A DNA stretch of 64,000 nt from the human T2T-CHM13v2.0 reference genome, Homo sapiens, in the NCBI RefSeq assembly GCF_009914755.1, contig NC_060943.1. One strand, given 5' to 3'. The position numbers were made by a program, and so were the translations under genes. The first letter of the stretch is position 1. Each line of letters opens with the position of its first letter. Of this stretch, positions 17,570-31,200 are shown piece by piece. The notes beneath the pieces were generated by a model. The model was not told where the DNA came from and did no database searches. It saw only the letters and a list, made by a program, of their open reading frames with translations.

Positions 17570-18070
17570 CACCTACCTATAGATTTGTCCATCCTTCCTT
17601 TCATTCATCCCTAGATCTGATCATCTATTCTTCCATTTTTTCTTCCTTTTATTCTTTCCTTCTATCACCCATTCTTCCTTTTGTCTTTCCTCCCTTCTTT
17701 CCTTTCTCTTGCTTTTTAAAATTTTAATTTAAAAGTTTGTATTTCAATAGCTTTGAGGGTACAAGTGGTTTTTTCTTATATGGATGAATCATATGTGGTG
17801 AAGTGTGAGATTTTTTGTGCACCCTCCTTTCTTCTTTCCATCCATCTTTTCTTCAATCTTTACTTCATTTCATCCTTCTACCTTTCTTTCCTTCAATCTA
17901 TATCCCCTTCAATCCTGTCTTCCATCATCTTTCTTTCTTTTCATCCTTCCTTCTGTGCATCTATCCTTCCTCCGCTTCATCTTTGCTTCCTTCCATTCAC
18001 TCTTCTCTCCATTCTTCCTTTTATCCATCCAACTACACTTCTCCCTTCTCGCCATGCCATTCATCACTTG
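17570..18070. repeat. CT-rich low-complexity tract with a short L1 fragment (~17720-17825)
   Basis: TCCA/TTCC-rich composition. Confidence 0.7.
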
Positions 18071-19225
18071 CTTACTGAACACCCGTGACTCAACTACTGA
18101 GTCACATAGTAACATATGGGTCAATAGCCACCAATGTGTCTAAATTTAGTGTGAATTACAAAATAATGTGAAGAAGGAGAGGGAGCAAATCATTCTCCTG
18201 GAGATATTGTCCAGTGAGGCAGAAACTCGAGTCGTTGGAGGGCCTCTTTGGATTTGTGTCCAGAACAAAAGTTGGTGCCAAGCTCAACCCTTTCAGAGGA
18301 ATGGAATCCCCAAGAAGTTCCTTCCTTTATCTACTGACCTCTTGGAAGTAGTGTTTCCTCCTTCTAGGCTCTGGGTGCCTTCTACCTTCTTAGGTACTTT
18401 GTTCCCTCTATTTTCATTAATTCACTTTTTCCTTTCACTTATCCCTTTTGTCTCTTGCTCAACTCAAAGGGAGAAACCCTCCCTTACGTCTACGTAGTAT
18501 TTTAGCTGTTCTTCTAATGCCCTATACCTCACTGATGCTCCCTTCATTAGAATCCCTGAGAACCCCCATGTTGCCAAAGCACTTCTCACCTCATTTCAAC
18601 TTGGCAATTCTGTGGTATTTAACAGAACTTACCATTTCTCCTTCCTAAAACCCTCCCCTCCTGTGGCTTCTGTGATGCCAGAACTTCTTGCCTTTTCTGT
18701 TACCTCTCTGACCACTCCTGTTTAGCCCAGCAGTTAGGAGCATGAGTTCCTAGTGACACACAATTTGAGTTCTTATCCTAGTTCTATTGCTTTCTAGCTA
18801 TATGGCCTTAAGAAAGTTACTTAATCTCCCTGTGCCTAAATGTCTTCATCTCCAAAATAGGCTTCTAATAATCTCTACTTCAATTAGTGTTACAATTGAG
18901 GATCAAATAGCTTAATAAAACTGCACTTGAAACAGAGTAAGTACTGTTATAAATATTTTCTGTTGTCATTCTTATTGTCATCATCATCATTACTAGTAGT
19001 AATATTAGAGCACCTATCACGATACTGTAATGATTCAATTATTTGCTTATTTTTGTTTCTCCAATTCCTTAACCCAGTGCCTAGGAGTGAAATTAGATAA
19101 ACACATGTTTGCTAAGAGAATTTCTGGTACAGGAATAAACTAGTTAACTCTTTTTTTGCTTCTTAGGAAGGGGTCATTTCCTATGAGCCCCCAATAATGG
19201 GATTGTAGGGGCTGTGGGTCCTTAC

Positions 19226-22200
19226 TTGTCAACCGTGTTGAGAGTGAAGGAACTTGATAAGCACTTGTCACTGTTCCCAGCTCAACGCTCTCTGTCATTC
19301 TGGTATCCAAAATGGGTGATGAAGATGTCCTGCCTGGTTGGCTTGAAGTGTCCAAAGTACTGACCATAACCAAGCGTCCTTCAGTAGTGCTGCTCTCTGT
19401 CCCAAGACTGGTGTCCACTCTATATGGGGTAGCTGAAGAGGAAGTTATCTCATGGAGGGCTGGGATGGTTGAAGAATCAGTGGTAGTGAAGGTTGAAGAG
19501 GAGAATGGCACAGGAGTGGATGAAGGCAGGCTCTCTGCAATGGTGGACAGAGTAGCATCCCCAGGGCCTGACTCTGTCCTAGAGAATGGACTACCTGAAC
19601 CTGAGATGGCTCGTGGAACTCCAGTGGTGGCAAATGAAGTCATGGCCTCTGATAGAGAAGGCATCACTGTGCCAGTGGAAATAGTCTCAGCTGAAGGCAG
19701 CAAATCTGTACTCAGATGATGAGTACTTTCTGTTACAGACATAGTAAACCTGGATTCTGGGAAGGAGGTTATCCCAGTGGACTCCGTAATAGATGGAGAA
19801 GCATTAAAGGGGGTGATTATGTCCACTGGAATTTCAGTATACTGTGAGGCTGGAGGCCAGTCTGGGGATGATGTTTTTGCAGAAGAGGTGAAATCAGTCT
19901 TGGAACTCTGTAAAAGGTGAGTGGACCCAGGAGAAGAAGGTGTATTTGTTGGTGTGACTGAGCTGGTGTCCAGGGACATGTTGGTCTTCCTAAGTCCAGA
20001 AGTCAAATGAGAAAATGGCTCAGCCTCAAATCCTGTGGTCTCAAAATTAGCAGGCATTGATGTGGAAATAGAGGTTTCAGCCATGGAAGAGGGAGTACCC
20101 ACTGGGTATGTAGCCTTGGATGGCTCCGAGTGGATTGAAACAGAGGAATATAGTTCATGTCCAGAACTGGTGGTTCCCACATTGGTCACTGCCATGCTTG
20201 AAGAAGGATGAATTTTCTCTGTATCTGTGGTGACTTCAGAGGCAGCCAGTATTTCAACTGAGGTGCCACTCAGATTTGGAGATAAACTGGTTCCAGGTTC
20301 TGTGCTTGTGTCTGTAGTCTTCACCATGCCTGGGGTGAGGAGTGAAGTCACAGAAAAAGAGGAGGAAGGGATACTCTGCGGTAATGTGGAAGAAACAGAA
20401 GGTGAGGTCGTGACAGGTAAGGACAACAGAGAAGATGAAGAGCTAGTTTTTTCCACAAAGGGAGAGCTCTTCCATGATGGATTTTCAGGACTCCTACTCA
20501 TAAGAGTTGTCATCTCTGAGTGTAAAAATCTAGGAGGAACAGTTGAGTGGGTCCTTGCCAAGGGGGCTGTTGTTGTGGCCAAGGTAAGAGTACTCTGTGC
20601 TGTAGCCCCAGGAGAACTTTTTTGGGTGGTGATGGTCATTTGTGTTGATTCTGACATCATGGATGAGGAAGAGAGCCTGGTGATCACTTCAGTGATGATG
20701 TCTGGAGACATCGTGGACTGATCAGAGTCAGGGATGTGTGTTCTATTAGAGGACATTATTTCTGTCATGGAGACTTCAGTAGTAGCACTAGTGGGCACTC
20801 CAAAAAGGACTGCACTTGTTTCTGTGATTGAGGTGGTCTCTTCAGAGGTGCTAGTCTCCCTGAATCCAGGAGTCAATGAGAATGTTGGCTCTGTCGGAAT
20901 CCTCCTAGTCTCAGAGAAGGCAGGATTTGATGTGAAAACAGTGGTATCCTCCACAGCGGAGGTGATACCCATTGAAGGTATGGTTATGGTTGTTTCTGAG
21001 TCAGCTAGGACAGAGGAATGAGATTCATGAACAGAACTGGAGGTCCTCACTTTGGCCACCGCTGTGTTTGAGGAAGGATGAATTTTCTCTGTATCTGTCA
21101 TGATTTCAGAGGTGGCCGGTATTTCAACTGAGGTGCTGCTCAAATTTGGAGATGAACTGGTTTTAGGCTCTGAGCTTGTATCCAACACTTCTGTAGTCTT
21201 CACCAGGCCTGGGAGGATAAGTGAAGTCACAGGAAGAGGAGAGGAGGGGCTACTGTCTAGTAATGTGGAGGACACAGGAGAAAGTGAGGTCGTGAGAGGT
21301 AATGATGTCAGAGAAGAGGAAGATCTAGTTGTTTCCACAAAGCGAGGGCTCGTCCATGACAGACTTTCAGGACCCCTGCTCATAAGATTGGTCATCTCTG
21401 AGTGTGAAAGTCCTTGAGACATAGTTGAGTGGGTCCCTGACAAAAAGGTCATTGAGGTGCCCAAGGGAAGGGTAACCTGGGATGTAGCCAGAGAATAACC
21501 TGTTTGGGTGGTGATGGTTATTTCTGCAGATTCTGTCATGATGGGAGAGGTAGACAGCCTGGTGACAACTTCATCGGAGATGTCTAGTGACATTGTGGAC
21601 TGAGCAGGGCCAGGAATGGATGTTCTGCTAGAGGGCATAACTTCTGTCCTGGAGACCTCAGGAGTGGCACCAGAGGGCATCTTGTAAAGGACAGTGCTTG
21701 TCTCTGTGGATGAGGTGATGTCCTGGGAGGTTCTGGTCTCCCTCAGTCCAGGGGTCAGAGATGACATTGACTCTATCTCAATCCTTGTAATGCCAGAGGA
21801 GCCAGGCATTGTTGTGGAAACCATGTTGTCTCTTATAGAGGAAGAGGTGACCACTGGAGATATCACTTTTGTTGGCTCTGAGAAGCCTGGGGAAGAGGAA
21901 TAGAGTTCCTCTGTAGCACTGGTGGTTTCCACATGGGACGCTGCTGTATTTTCAAAAACGTGAATTGCCTCTGTCTCCGTGGTGGCTTTAGAAGCGGCCA
22001 GACTCTCATCTGAGGTGATATTCATATTGGGAGCTGAAGTGGTCTCAGGTTCCAAACTTGCATCCAACATGTCTGTGGCCTTCATCATGATAGAGGTGAA
22101 AAGAGAAGTGACAGGGACAGGAGAGGAGTGGCTACTCCCAGATGGTGTGGAATAAAGTGGCGAAGGTGAGGTTACTGAAGATGAAGATACCAGGGAAGAT

Positions 22201-25200
22201 GGAGGGCTGTTTTTTTCCACAGACAGCGGGCTTGGCCATGACACATCCTCAGGACCTCTGCTCATAGGAGTTGTCACCACTGACCGTGGAAATCTCTGAG
22301 TTGTAGCTGAGTGAGTTCCTGGCCAGGAGGCTGTGCTTGATGAGTCCAAGGTAAAGGTACCCTGCGAGGTAGCCCCAGAAGGACCTGTTTTGGGGGTGAT
22401 GGCCATGTCTGTTGATTCTTTCCTTGTGAGGGGGGTAGAAATTCTAGTGATGGTTTCCATGGAGGTGTCTGATGACATTGTGGATTGAGCAGGGCCTGGG
22501 ATGGATGTTCTGCTAGAAGAGATGGCTTCTGTCCTGGAGACCTCAGTAGTAGCACCAGTGGGCACACTAGAAAGGACAGTGCTTTTTTCTGTGGCAGAGC
22601 TGGTCTCTTCAGAGATGCTGGTCTCCATCAACCCAGGAGTCAGTGAGAGCTTTGACTTTGTTTGAATCCTACTGGTGTCAGAGAAGGCAGGGGTTGATGT
22701 GAGAACATTTGTATCTCCTGTGGGGTAGGTGATACCCATTGAAGATGTGGCCTTTGTTGTCACTGAGTCAGCTAGGACAGAGGAAGGAGATTCATGTGTA
22801 TAACCTGAGGTTACCACATTGGTCATCTCCAGTTTCTCTGTATCTGTAGTGACTTCAGTGGTGGCCAGTATTTCAGCTGAGGTGCTGCTCAAATTTGGGG
22901 GTGAACTGGTTTCAGGTTCTGAGCTTGTGCCCAACAGCTCTGTGGTCTTCACCAGCCCTGAGGTGAGAAGTGATGTCACAGGAAGCGAAGAAGAGTGGAT
23001 GCTGTCTGGTAATGTGGAAGAAACGGGAGAAGATGAGGTCATGACAGGTGAAGACAGTGAGAAAGAGGCAGAGCTGGCTTCTTCCACAGAGGGATGGCTT
23101 AGCCATGGCACCTCTCCAGGAGTTCTACTCATAAGAGCGGTCATCTGTGAGTGTGAAAATCCTTGAGATGCAGTTGAATGGGTCCCTGACATAAAAGTTG
23201 TTGAAGTGTCCAAGGTAAGGGTACCCCTTGATGTAGCCCCAGGAGAACCTGTTTGGGTGGTAATGGTCATTTCTGTAGATTCTGTCTTGATGGGGGAGGT
23301 AGAGAGCCTGGTGATCACTTCAGTGGATATGTCTTGTGACATTGTGGACTGATCAGGGCTAGGTCCTCTGCTAGAGGACATGACTTGTGTCATGGAGTCC
23401 TCAATCGTGGCACTAGTGAGTGCCTTGTAAGGAACAGTGCTTGGCTTTGTGGCTGAGTGGATCTCCTGGGAGGTGCTGGTCTCCCTTGGTGTGGGGGTCA
23501 GGGTGGATGTTGACTCCATCTCAATTCTTGTTATCTCAGAGGAAGCAGGTATGGTTGTAGAAACAATGTCTTTTATGGTGGAAGAGGTGACCACTGGAGA
23601 TGTCACTTTGGATGGCTCTGGGAGGCCTGGATAAGAGGAATAGAATTCTTGTCTAGCACTGATGGTGCCCATCTGAGTCACAGCTGTGTTTTCTGAAAGC
23701 TGAATTGCCTCTGTCTCCATGGTGGCTTTAGAAGTGGCCAGACTCTCATCTGAGGTGATATTCATACTGGGAGGTGAAGTGGTCACAGGTTCCAAGCTTG
23801 TGTCCAACATGTCTGTGGTCTTCATCATGACAGGGGTGAAAAGAGAAGTCACCCGGAGAGGAGACGAGTGGCTACTCTCAGATGGTGTGGAATAAAGTGG
23901 CGAAGGTGAGGTTACTGCAGATAAAGACACCAGGGAAGATGGAGGGCTAGTTTTTTCCACTGATGGGCGGCTTGGCCATGACACATCCTCAGGACCTCTG
24001 CTCATAGGAGTGGTCATCCCTGAGTGTGGAGATCTGTGAGTTGCAGCTGAGTGAGTTCCTGGCCAGGAGGCTCTGCTTGATGTGTCCAAGGTAAAGGTAC
24101 CTTGTGAGGATGCCCCAGAATGACCTGTTTTGGGGGTGATGGTCATTTCTGCTGATCCTGTCGTGGTGAGGGGAGTAGAAATTCTAGTGATGGTTTCCGT
24201 GGAGATTTCTGGTGATATTGTGGATTGAGCAGGACCTGGGGTGGATGTTCTGCCTAAGGAGAGGGCTTCTGTTCTGGAGACCTTAGTAGTAGCACCAGTG
24301 GGCATTCCAGAAAGAGAAGCACTTCTCTCTGTTGCTGAGCTGGTCTCTTGAGAGGTACTGATCTCCCTTAATCCAGAAGTCAGGGAGGAAGTTGGCTGTG
24401 TCATCATAGTTTCTGGGAAGGCAGGAGTTGATGTGGAAACACTTGTATTCCCCAGAGTGGAGGTGGTAGCCATTGGAGATGTGGGTTTTGTTGTCACTAA
24501 GTCAGCCAAAACAGAGGAAGGGGATAGATGTTTATAAATCACAGTCCCTACATTGACTACAGGTGTGTTTGAGGAGGGATGAATTTTCTCTCTATCTTTG
24601 GTGACTTCAGACGTGGCTAATATTTCAGCTGAGGTGCTGCTCAAATTTGGAGGTGAACTGGTTTCAGGTTCTGAGCTTGTGCGCAACATGTCTGTGGTCT
24701 TCACTGGGCCAAGGGTGAGAAGTGCAGTCACAGGATGAGGAGAGGAGGAGATGCTCTCTGGTAATGTGGAGAAAAAAGAAGTTGAGGTCATGGCAGGTGA
24801 AGACAGTGAGGAAGAGACAGAGCTGGCTTCTTCCACAGAGGGAAGGCTCGGCCATGGCACATCTCCAGGAGTTCTACTCATAAGAGTGGTCATCTCTGAG
24901 TGTGAAAATCCTGGAGATGCAGTTGAGTGGGTCCCTGACCAAAAGGTTGTTGTTGAGGTGTCCAAGGTGAGGGTACCCTCTGATGTAGCCCCAGGAGAAC
25001 CTGTCTCAATAGTGATGGCACTTTCTGCTGATTCTGTCATAATGGGGGAAGTAGAAAGCCTGGTGATCGCTTCAGTAGAGATGTCTGGTGATATGGTGAA
25101 CTGATCAGGCCCTGACATGGATGTTCCCCTAGAGGATATCACTTCTGTCCTGGAGACCTCAGTGGTAGCACCACTGGGCACTTCAGAAAGGACAGTGCTT

Positions 25201-28200
25201 CCCTCTGTGGCTGAGCTGATCCTCTCAGAGCTGCTGGTCTCCCTCAATCCAGAAGTCAGGGAGGATGTTGGTTCTATCTGAATTCTGCTGGTCTCAAAGA
25301 AGTCAGAAGTGGATATGGAAACACTCGTTTCCCCCATGGTGTAGGTGGTACCCATTGGAGATGTGGCTTTGGGTGTCTCTGAGTCAGATAGGACAGAAGA
25401 TTGTGATTCATGTCCAGAAATGGAGGTCCTCACGTTGGTCACTGCTGTGTGTGTGGAAGGCTGCATGGCTTCTGTATCTACAGTGTCTTCCAAAGTGGTC
25501 AGTCTCTCATGGGAGGTGCTGCTCAAATTTGAAGTGGAACTGGTTCCAGGTTCTCTGCTTATGCCCATCCTGTCTGTGGTTATCACCAGGCCAGGGGTGA
25601 GAAGAGAAGTCACAGGAAGAGAAGCGGAAGGGAAATCCTCTACTAATGTAGAGGAAACAGGAGAAGGTGAGGTCGTGGCAGGCAGAGACAGCAGGGAAGA
25701 GGCAGAGCTGGTTTCTTCCACAGAGGATTGACTAGGCCATAACATATCACCAGGGCTTCTGCTCACAAGAGTGGTCATCTCTGAGTGTGAAAATCTCTGA
25801 GTCACAGTCGAGTGGGTTTCTACCCAGTTGGGTGTTGTTGATATGTCCACAGTATGAGTACTCTCTGGTGTAGACCCAGGAGGATCTGTTTGTGTCTTGA
25901 TCATCATTTCTGCTGATTCTGTCATTATGCTGGAGGTAGGGAGTCTGGTGATGGTTTCTGTGGAAGTCTCTGGTGACACTGTGAGCTGAGCAAAGCCTGA
26001 GATGGATGTTCTGCTAGAGGAGGTGACTTCTGTCCTGGAGACTTCAGCAGTGGCACCAGTGGGCACTCCAGAAAGGACAGTGCTCATCTCTGTGGCTAAG
26101 CTGGTCCCCTCAGAGCTGCTGGTCTTTCTCAGTCCAAGGGTCAGGGAGGATGTTGGTTCTGTCTGAATTCTGCTAGTCTCAAAAAAGCCAGGAGTTGATG
26201 TGGAGACACTCGTATCCTCCATGGTGGAGGTAATAACCATTGGAGATGTGACTTTGGATGTCTGTGAGTCAGCTAGGACAAAGGAAGTGGATTCATGTCC
26301 AGAACTGGAGGTCCCCACATCGGTCACTGTTCTGTTTGAAGAAGGATGAGTTTTCTCTGTATCTGTGGTGACTTCAGAGGTGGCCAGTATTTCAACTGAG
26401 GTGCTGCTCAAATTTGCAGGTGAGTTGGTTACAGGTTCTGAGCTTTTGTGCAACATATCTGTAGTTTTTGCCAAGCCAGACGTGAGGAGTGAAGTCACAG
26501 GAAGAGGAGAGGAAGAGATGCTCTCTGGTAATGTGGAGGAAACAGGAGAAGGTGAAGTTGTGGCTGGTGAAGACATCAGAGAAAAGGAAGGTCTAGTTTT
26601 TTCCAGAAGGGGAGGGCTCATCCATGATACATCCTCAGGACCCCTCCTCATAAGAGTGCTCATCTGTGAGTGTGAAAATCCTTGAGATATAGTTGAGTGT
26701 GTCATTGTCAAAGAGGTTGTGCTTGACGTGTCCAAAGTACTGGTGCCTTGTGTTGTGGCCCCTAAAGGACTTGTATGGGTGTTCATGGTTATTTCTGCTG
26801 ATTCTGTCATGACAGGGGATGTAGAGAACCAGCTGACGGTTCTTGTGGAGATGTCTGGTGATATTGTGGATTGAGCGGGACCTGGGATGGAGGTGACGTC
26901 TTCCTTGGAGATCTCAGTAGTAGCACCAGTGGGCACTTTAGAGAGGACAGTGCTCATCTTGGTGCCTGAGCTGGTCCCTTCAGAGCCGCTGGACTCCCTC
27001 AATCCAGGGGTCAGGGAGGAAGCTAGCTCTGTCTGAATCCTCCTAGTCTCAAGGAAGGCAGGAGTTGATGTGAGAACACTTGTATCCCCCATGGTGGAGG
27101 TGGTACACATTGGAGATGAGTCAGCTAGGACAGAGGACTGTGATTTATATCCAGAGCTGGTGGTTGCCACATTGGTCCCTCCTGTGTTTGTGGAAGGATG
27201 CACGGCTTCTGTATGTGCAGTGTCTTTGTAAGTGGTCAGTCTCTCATGGGAGGTGGTGCTCAAACTTGAAGATGAACTGGTTCCAGGTTCTGTGCTTGTA
27301 CCCAAGATATCTGTGGTTGTCGCCGGGCCAGAGGTGAGAAGTGAAGTCACAGGAAGGGGAGAGGGGGGGATATGTGCTAGGAATGTGGTGGAAACAGGAT
27401 GAGGTGAGGTCACGGCAGGTAAAGACAGCGGGGAGGATGGAGGGCTGGTTTCTTTCACAAAGGGAGGGCTAGGCCATGACACACCTCCAGGACCTCTGCC
27501 CATGGAAGTGGTCATCTCTGGGTGTGGAAATCCCTGAATTACTATAGAGTGGGTTTCCACCCAAGAGGGTGTGGTTGCTGTGTTCAAATTAAGGGTACTT
27601 TCTAGTGTAGACTCTGAAGGACCTGTTTGGGTTGTGATGGTCATTTTTGCAGATTCTGTCAGGACAGAGGAGGCAGAAATCCTGGGGATGGTTCCTATGG
27701 AGATGTCTTGTGACATTGTGGACTGCTCAGGGCCTGACATGGATGTTCTGCTAAAGGAGATGGCTTCTGTCCTGGAGACCTCAGTAGTAGCACCAGTGGA
27801 CACTTTAGAAAGAACAGTGTTTGCTTCTGTGGCTAAGCTGGTCTCTTCAGAGGTGCTGGTCTCCCTCAATCTGGTGGTCAGTGAGGAAGCTGGCTCTGAC
27901 TGAATTTTCCTAGTGTTAGATAAGGCAGGAGTTAATGTAGAAACACTTGTATCCCCCATAATGGAGATGGTACCCATTGCCGATGTGGCTTTGGTTGTCT
28001 CTGAGTCAGGTAGGACAGAGGAAGGGGATTCATGTCCAGAACTGGAAGTTCCAACTTTGGTTACTGCCGTGTTTGAGAAAGGATGAATTTTCTCCGTATC
28101 TGTGGTGACTTCAGAGGTGGCCAGTATTTCAACTGAGGTGCTGCTCAAACTTGGAGGTGAACTGGTTTCAGGTTCTGCACTTGCGTCCAACACCTCAGTA

Positions 28201-31200
28201 GTCTTCACTTGGCCTGGTGTGAGAAGTGAAGTCACAGAAGCAGAAGAGGAGTGGCTACTTGCTGGTAATGTGGAAGAAACAGGAGAAGGTGAGATCATGG
28301 CAGATAAAGACAGCTGGGAAGATGGAGGGCTTGTTTCTTCCACAGGGAGAGAGCTGGGCCGTGGCACATCCCCAGCACCTCTACTCACAAGAGTGGTTAT
28401 CTCTGAGTGTGGCAATCTCTGAGTCATAGTCGAATGGGTTATTACCAAGGAGGGAGTGGTTGATGTGTCTAATGTAAAGGTACTCTCTGATGTAGACCCA
28501 GGAGGACTTGTTTGGGTCTTGATGGTCATTTCTGATGATTCTGCCAGGATGGGGGAAGTAGGGAACTTAATGATTTTTCTTGTGGTGGATATTTCTGGCA
28601 ACATTGTGGACTCAGCAGAACCAGAGATGGATGTTCTGCTAGAGGAGGTGACTTCTGTCCTGGAGATCTCAGTAGTAGCACCAATGGACACTTCAGAAAG
28701 GACAGCACTTGTCTCTATGGCTGAGCTTGTCTCCACAGAACTGCCTGTCTCCCTCAATTTAGGGCTCAGGGAGGAAATTGACTCTTTCTGAATTCTGCTA
28801 GTCTCCAAGAAGTGAGGGGTTGATATGGCAACAGTTGTATCCTCCTGGGTGGAGGTAATAAACATTGGTGATGTGGCTTTGGATGTCTCTGAGTCAGCTA
28901 AGGCAGAGGAAGGGGATTCATGTCCAGAGCTGGGAATCTCCACATTGGACGCTGCTGTGTTTGTGGAAGGATGCACAGCTTCTGTATTTGTGGTGTCCTT
29001 GCCAGTGGTCAGTCTCTCATCTGAAGTGTGGCTCAGCTTTGGAGGTGAACTGGTTACAAGTTCTGGGCTTGTGTGTAACATGTCTGTGGTCGTTACCGGG
29101 CTAGAGGTGAGAAGTGAAGTCACAGGAAGAGGAGAGGAGGAGATAGTCACTGGTAATGTGGAGGAAATGGGAGGAGGTGAGGTTGTGGCAGGTAAAGACA
29201 GCAGGGAAGGGAGAGAGCTGGGATTTTCCAGAGAGGGAGAGCTTTGCCATGACATATCTCCAGGACCTCTGCTCATGAGAGTGGTCATCTCTGAGTGTGG
29301 AAATCTCTGAGCCAAAGTTGAATGAGTCTTTGCCTGGGACTTTGTGGTGGATGTGTCCAAGGTAAGGGTATCCTGTGAGGTAGACCCAGAAGGACCTGTT
29401 TGAGTGGGGATGGTCATTTCTGCTGATTCTGTCATGGTGGGCGAGGCAAAGAGCCTTGTCATTGTTCTTGTGGATATTTCTGGCAAAACTGTGGACTGAG
29501 AAGGGCCAGGGATGGATGTTCTACCAGAGGAGGTGACTTCTGTCCTGGAGACCTCAGCAGTAGTACCAGTGGGGACTTCTGAAAGAACAATACTTGTGTC
29601 AGTGGAAAAGCTGGCATTTTGGGAAATGCTGGTCTCTCTCAGTCCAGGAGTCAAGGAATATGTTGACTCTCTCTTAATTTTTGTAGTCTCAGAGGAAACA
29701 GACATTGATGTGGAAACAGTTGTATGCCCCATGGTGGAGGTGGTATCCATTGGAGCTGTGGCCTTGGTTTTTTCTGAGTCAGCTAGGACAGAGGATTGTG
29801 ACCCATGTCCAGAACTGGTGGTTTCCACATTAGTCGCTGCTGTGCTTGTGGAAGGATGCATGGCTTCTATAGCTGTGGTGTCTTCATCTGTTGTCAGTAT
29901 CTCATGTGAGGTACTGCTCAAATTTGGAGGTGAACTGGTTGTAGGTTCTGGGCTTGTGCCCAATGTGTCTGTGGTCATCACTAGGCTAGGGGTGAGCAGT
30001 GAGGTCATAGGAGAAGGAGTGGTGTGAATGGTCTTTGGTAATGTTGAGGAAACAGGAGGTGAAGTCATGGCTGGTGAAGGCATCAGGGAAGAGGAGAAGC
30101 TGGTTTTCTCTATAGAAGGAGGGATTGTCCATGATAGAATCTCAGGGTCCTTGTTCATGACAGTGGTCATTTCTGAGTGTGGAAATTCCTGAGTCGCCAT
30201 CGAGTGTGTTCCTGCCCTGGAGGATGTAGTTGGTGTGTCCAAGGTAAATGTGCCCTGTGATGTAGAGCCAAGAGGAGGACCTGTTCGAGTGATGATGGTC
30301 ATATTTGAAGATTCTGTAATGCCAAGGGAGATAGGCAGGCTGGGGATCACTTCAGTGGAGATGTCTGGTGACTCTGTGGAATGATCAGGGCCTGGAATGG
30401 ATGTTCTTCTAGAAGAGGCAACTTCTGTCCTAGAGGTCTCAGTAGCACCAGTGGTCAACTTGTGAAGGACAGCACTTTTCTCTGTGGATACGATGGGGTC
30501 CTGGGAGGTGCTGGTTCCCTTCAGCCCATGAGCCAGGGAGAATGTTGACTCCATCTCAATCCTTGTAATCTCAGAGGAGCCAGGCATGGATGTGGAAACA
30601 ATGGTGTCCCTTATGTTGAAAGAGGTAACCATTGGAGAGGTGACTTTGGGTGGTTCTGAGTAGGCTGGGACAGACGAATAAGATTCCTTTTCAGAAGTGG
30701 TGGTCCCCACATTGGTTACTGCTATGTTTGTGGAAGGATACATTTTCTCTGTATCTTTAATGTCTTCTGAAGTAGTCGGTATCTTATGTGAGGTGCTGCC
30801 CAAGTTTGGAGGTAAACTGGCCACAGATGCCAGCATATCTGTGGTCTTCACTAGGCCAGAGGTGGGGAGTGAAGTCAGATGAACAGGAGAAGACGGCCTA
30901 CTTTCTGGTAATGTAGTAGGTACAGGGGACGGTGAGGTTATTGCTGGTAAAGACAGAAGGGAAGAGGAAGAGCTGGTTTTTTCCACAGAGGGTGGGCTTG
31001 TCCCTGATATGTACTCAGGAACTCTACTCGTAAGAGTGGACAAATCTAATTGTGAAAATCCATGAGTCATAGCTGAGTGGGTCCCTGCCTGTGAGGTTGT
31101 GATTGATGTGTCCCAGGTAAGGGTACCCTGTGATGTCGCCCTATGAGGACCTGTTTGGGTGGCAATGGTCCTTTCTTCGGATTTTGTCAGGCCAGCAAAA

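Noticed and set aside
19140-19225. Read-through of the exon 3 (and exon 5) donor as alternative last exons
   Set aside because: No nearby sense-strand AATAAA/ATTAAA was seen, unlike exon 1.
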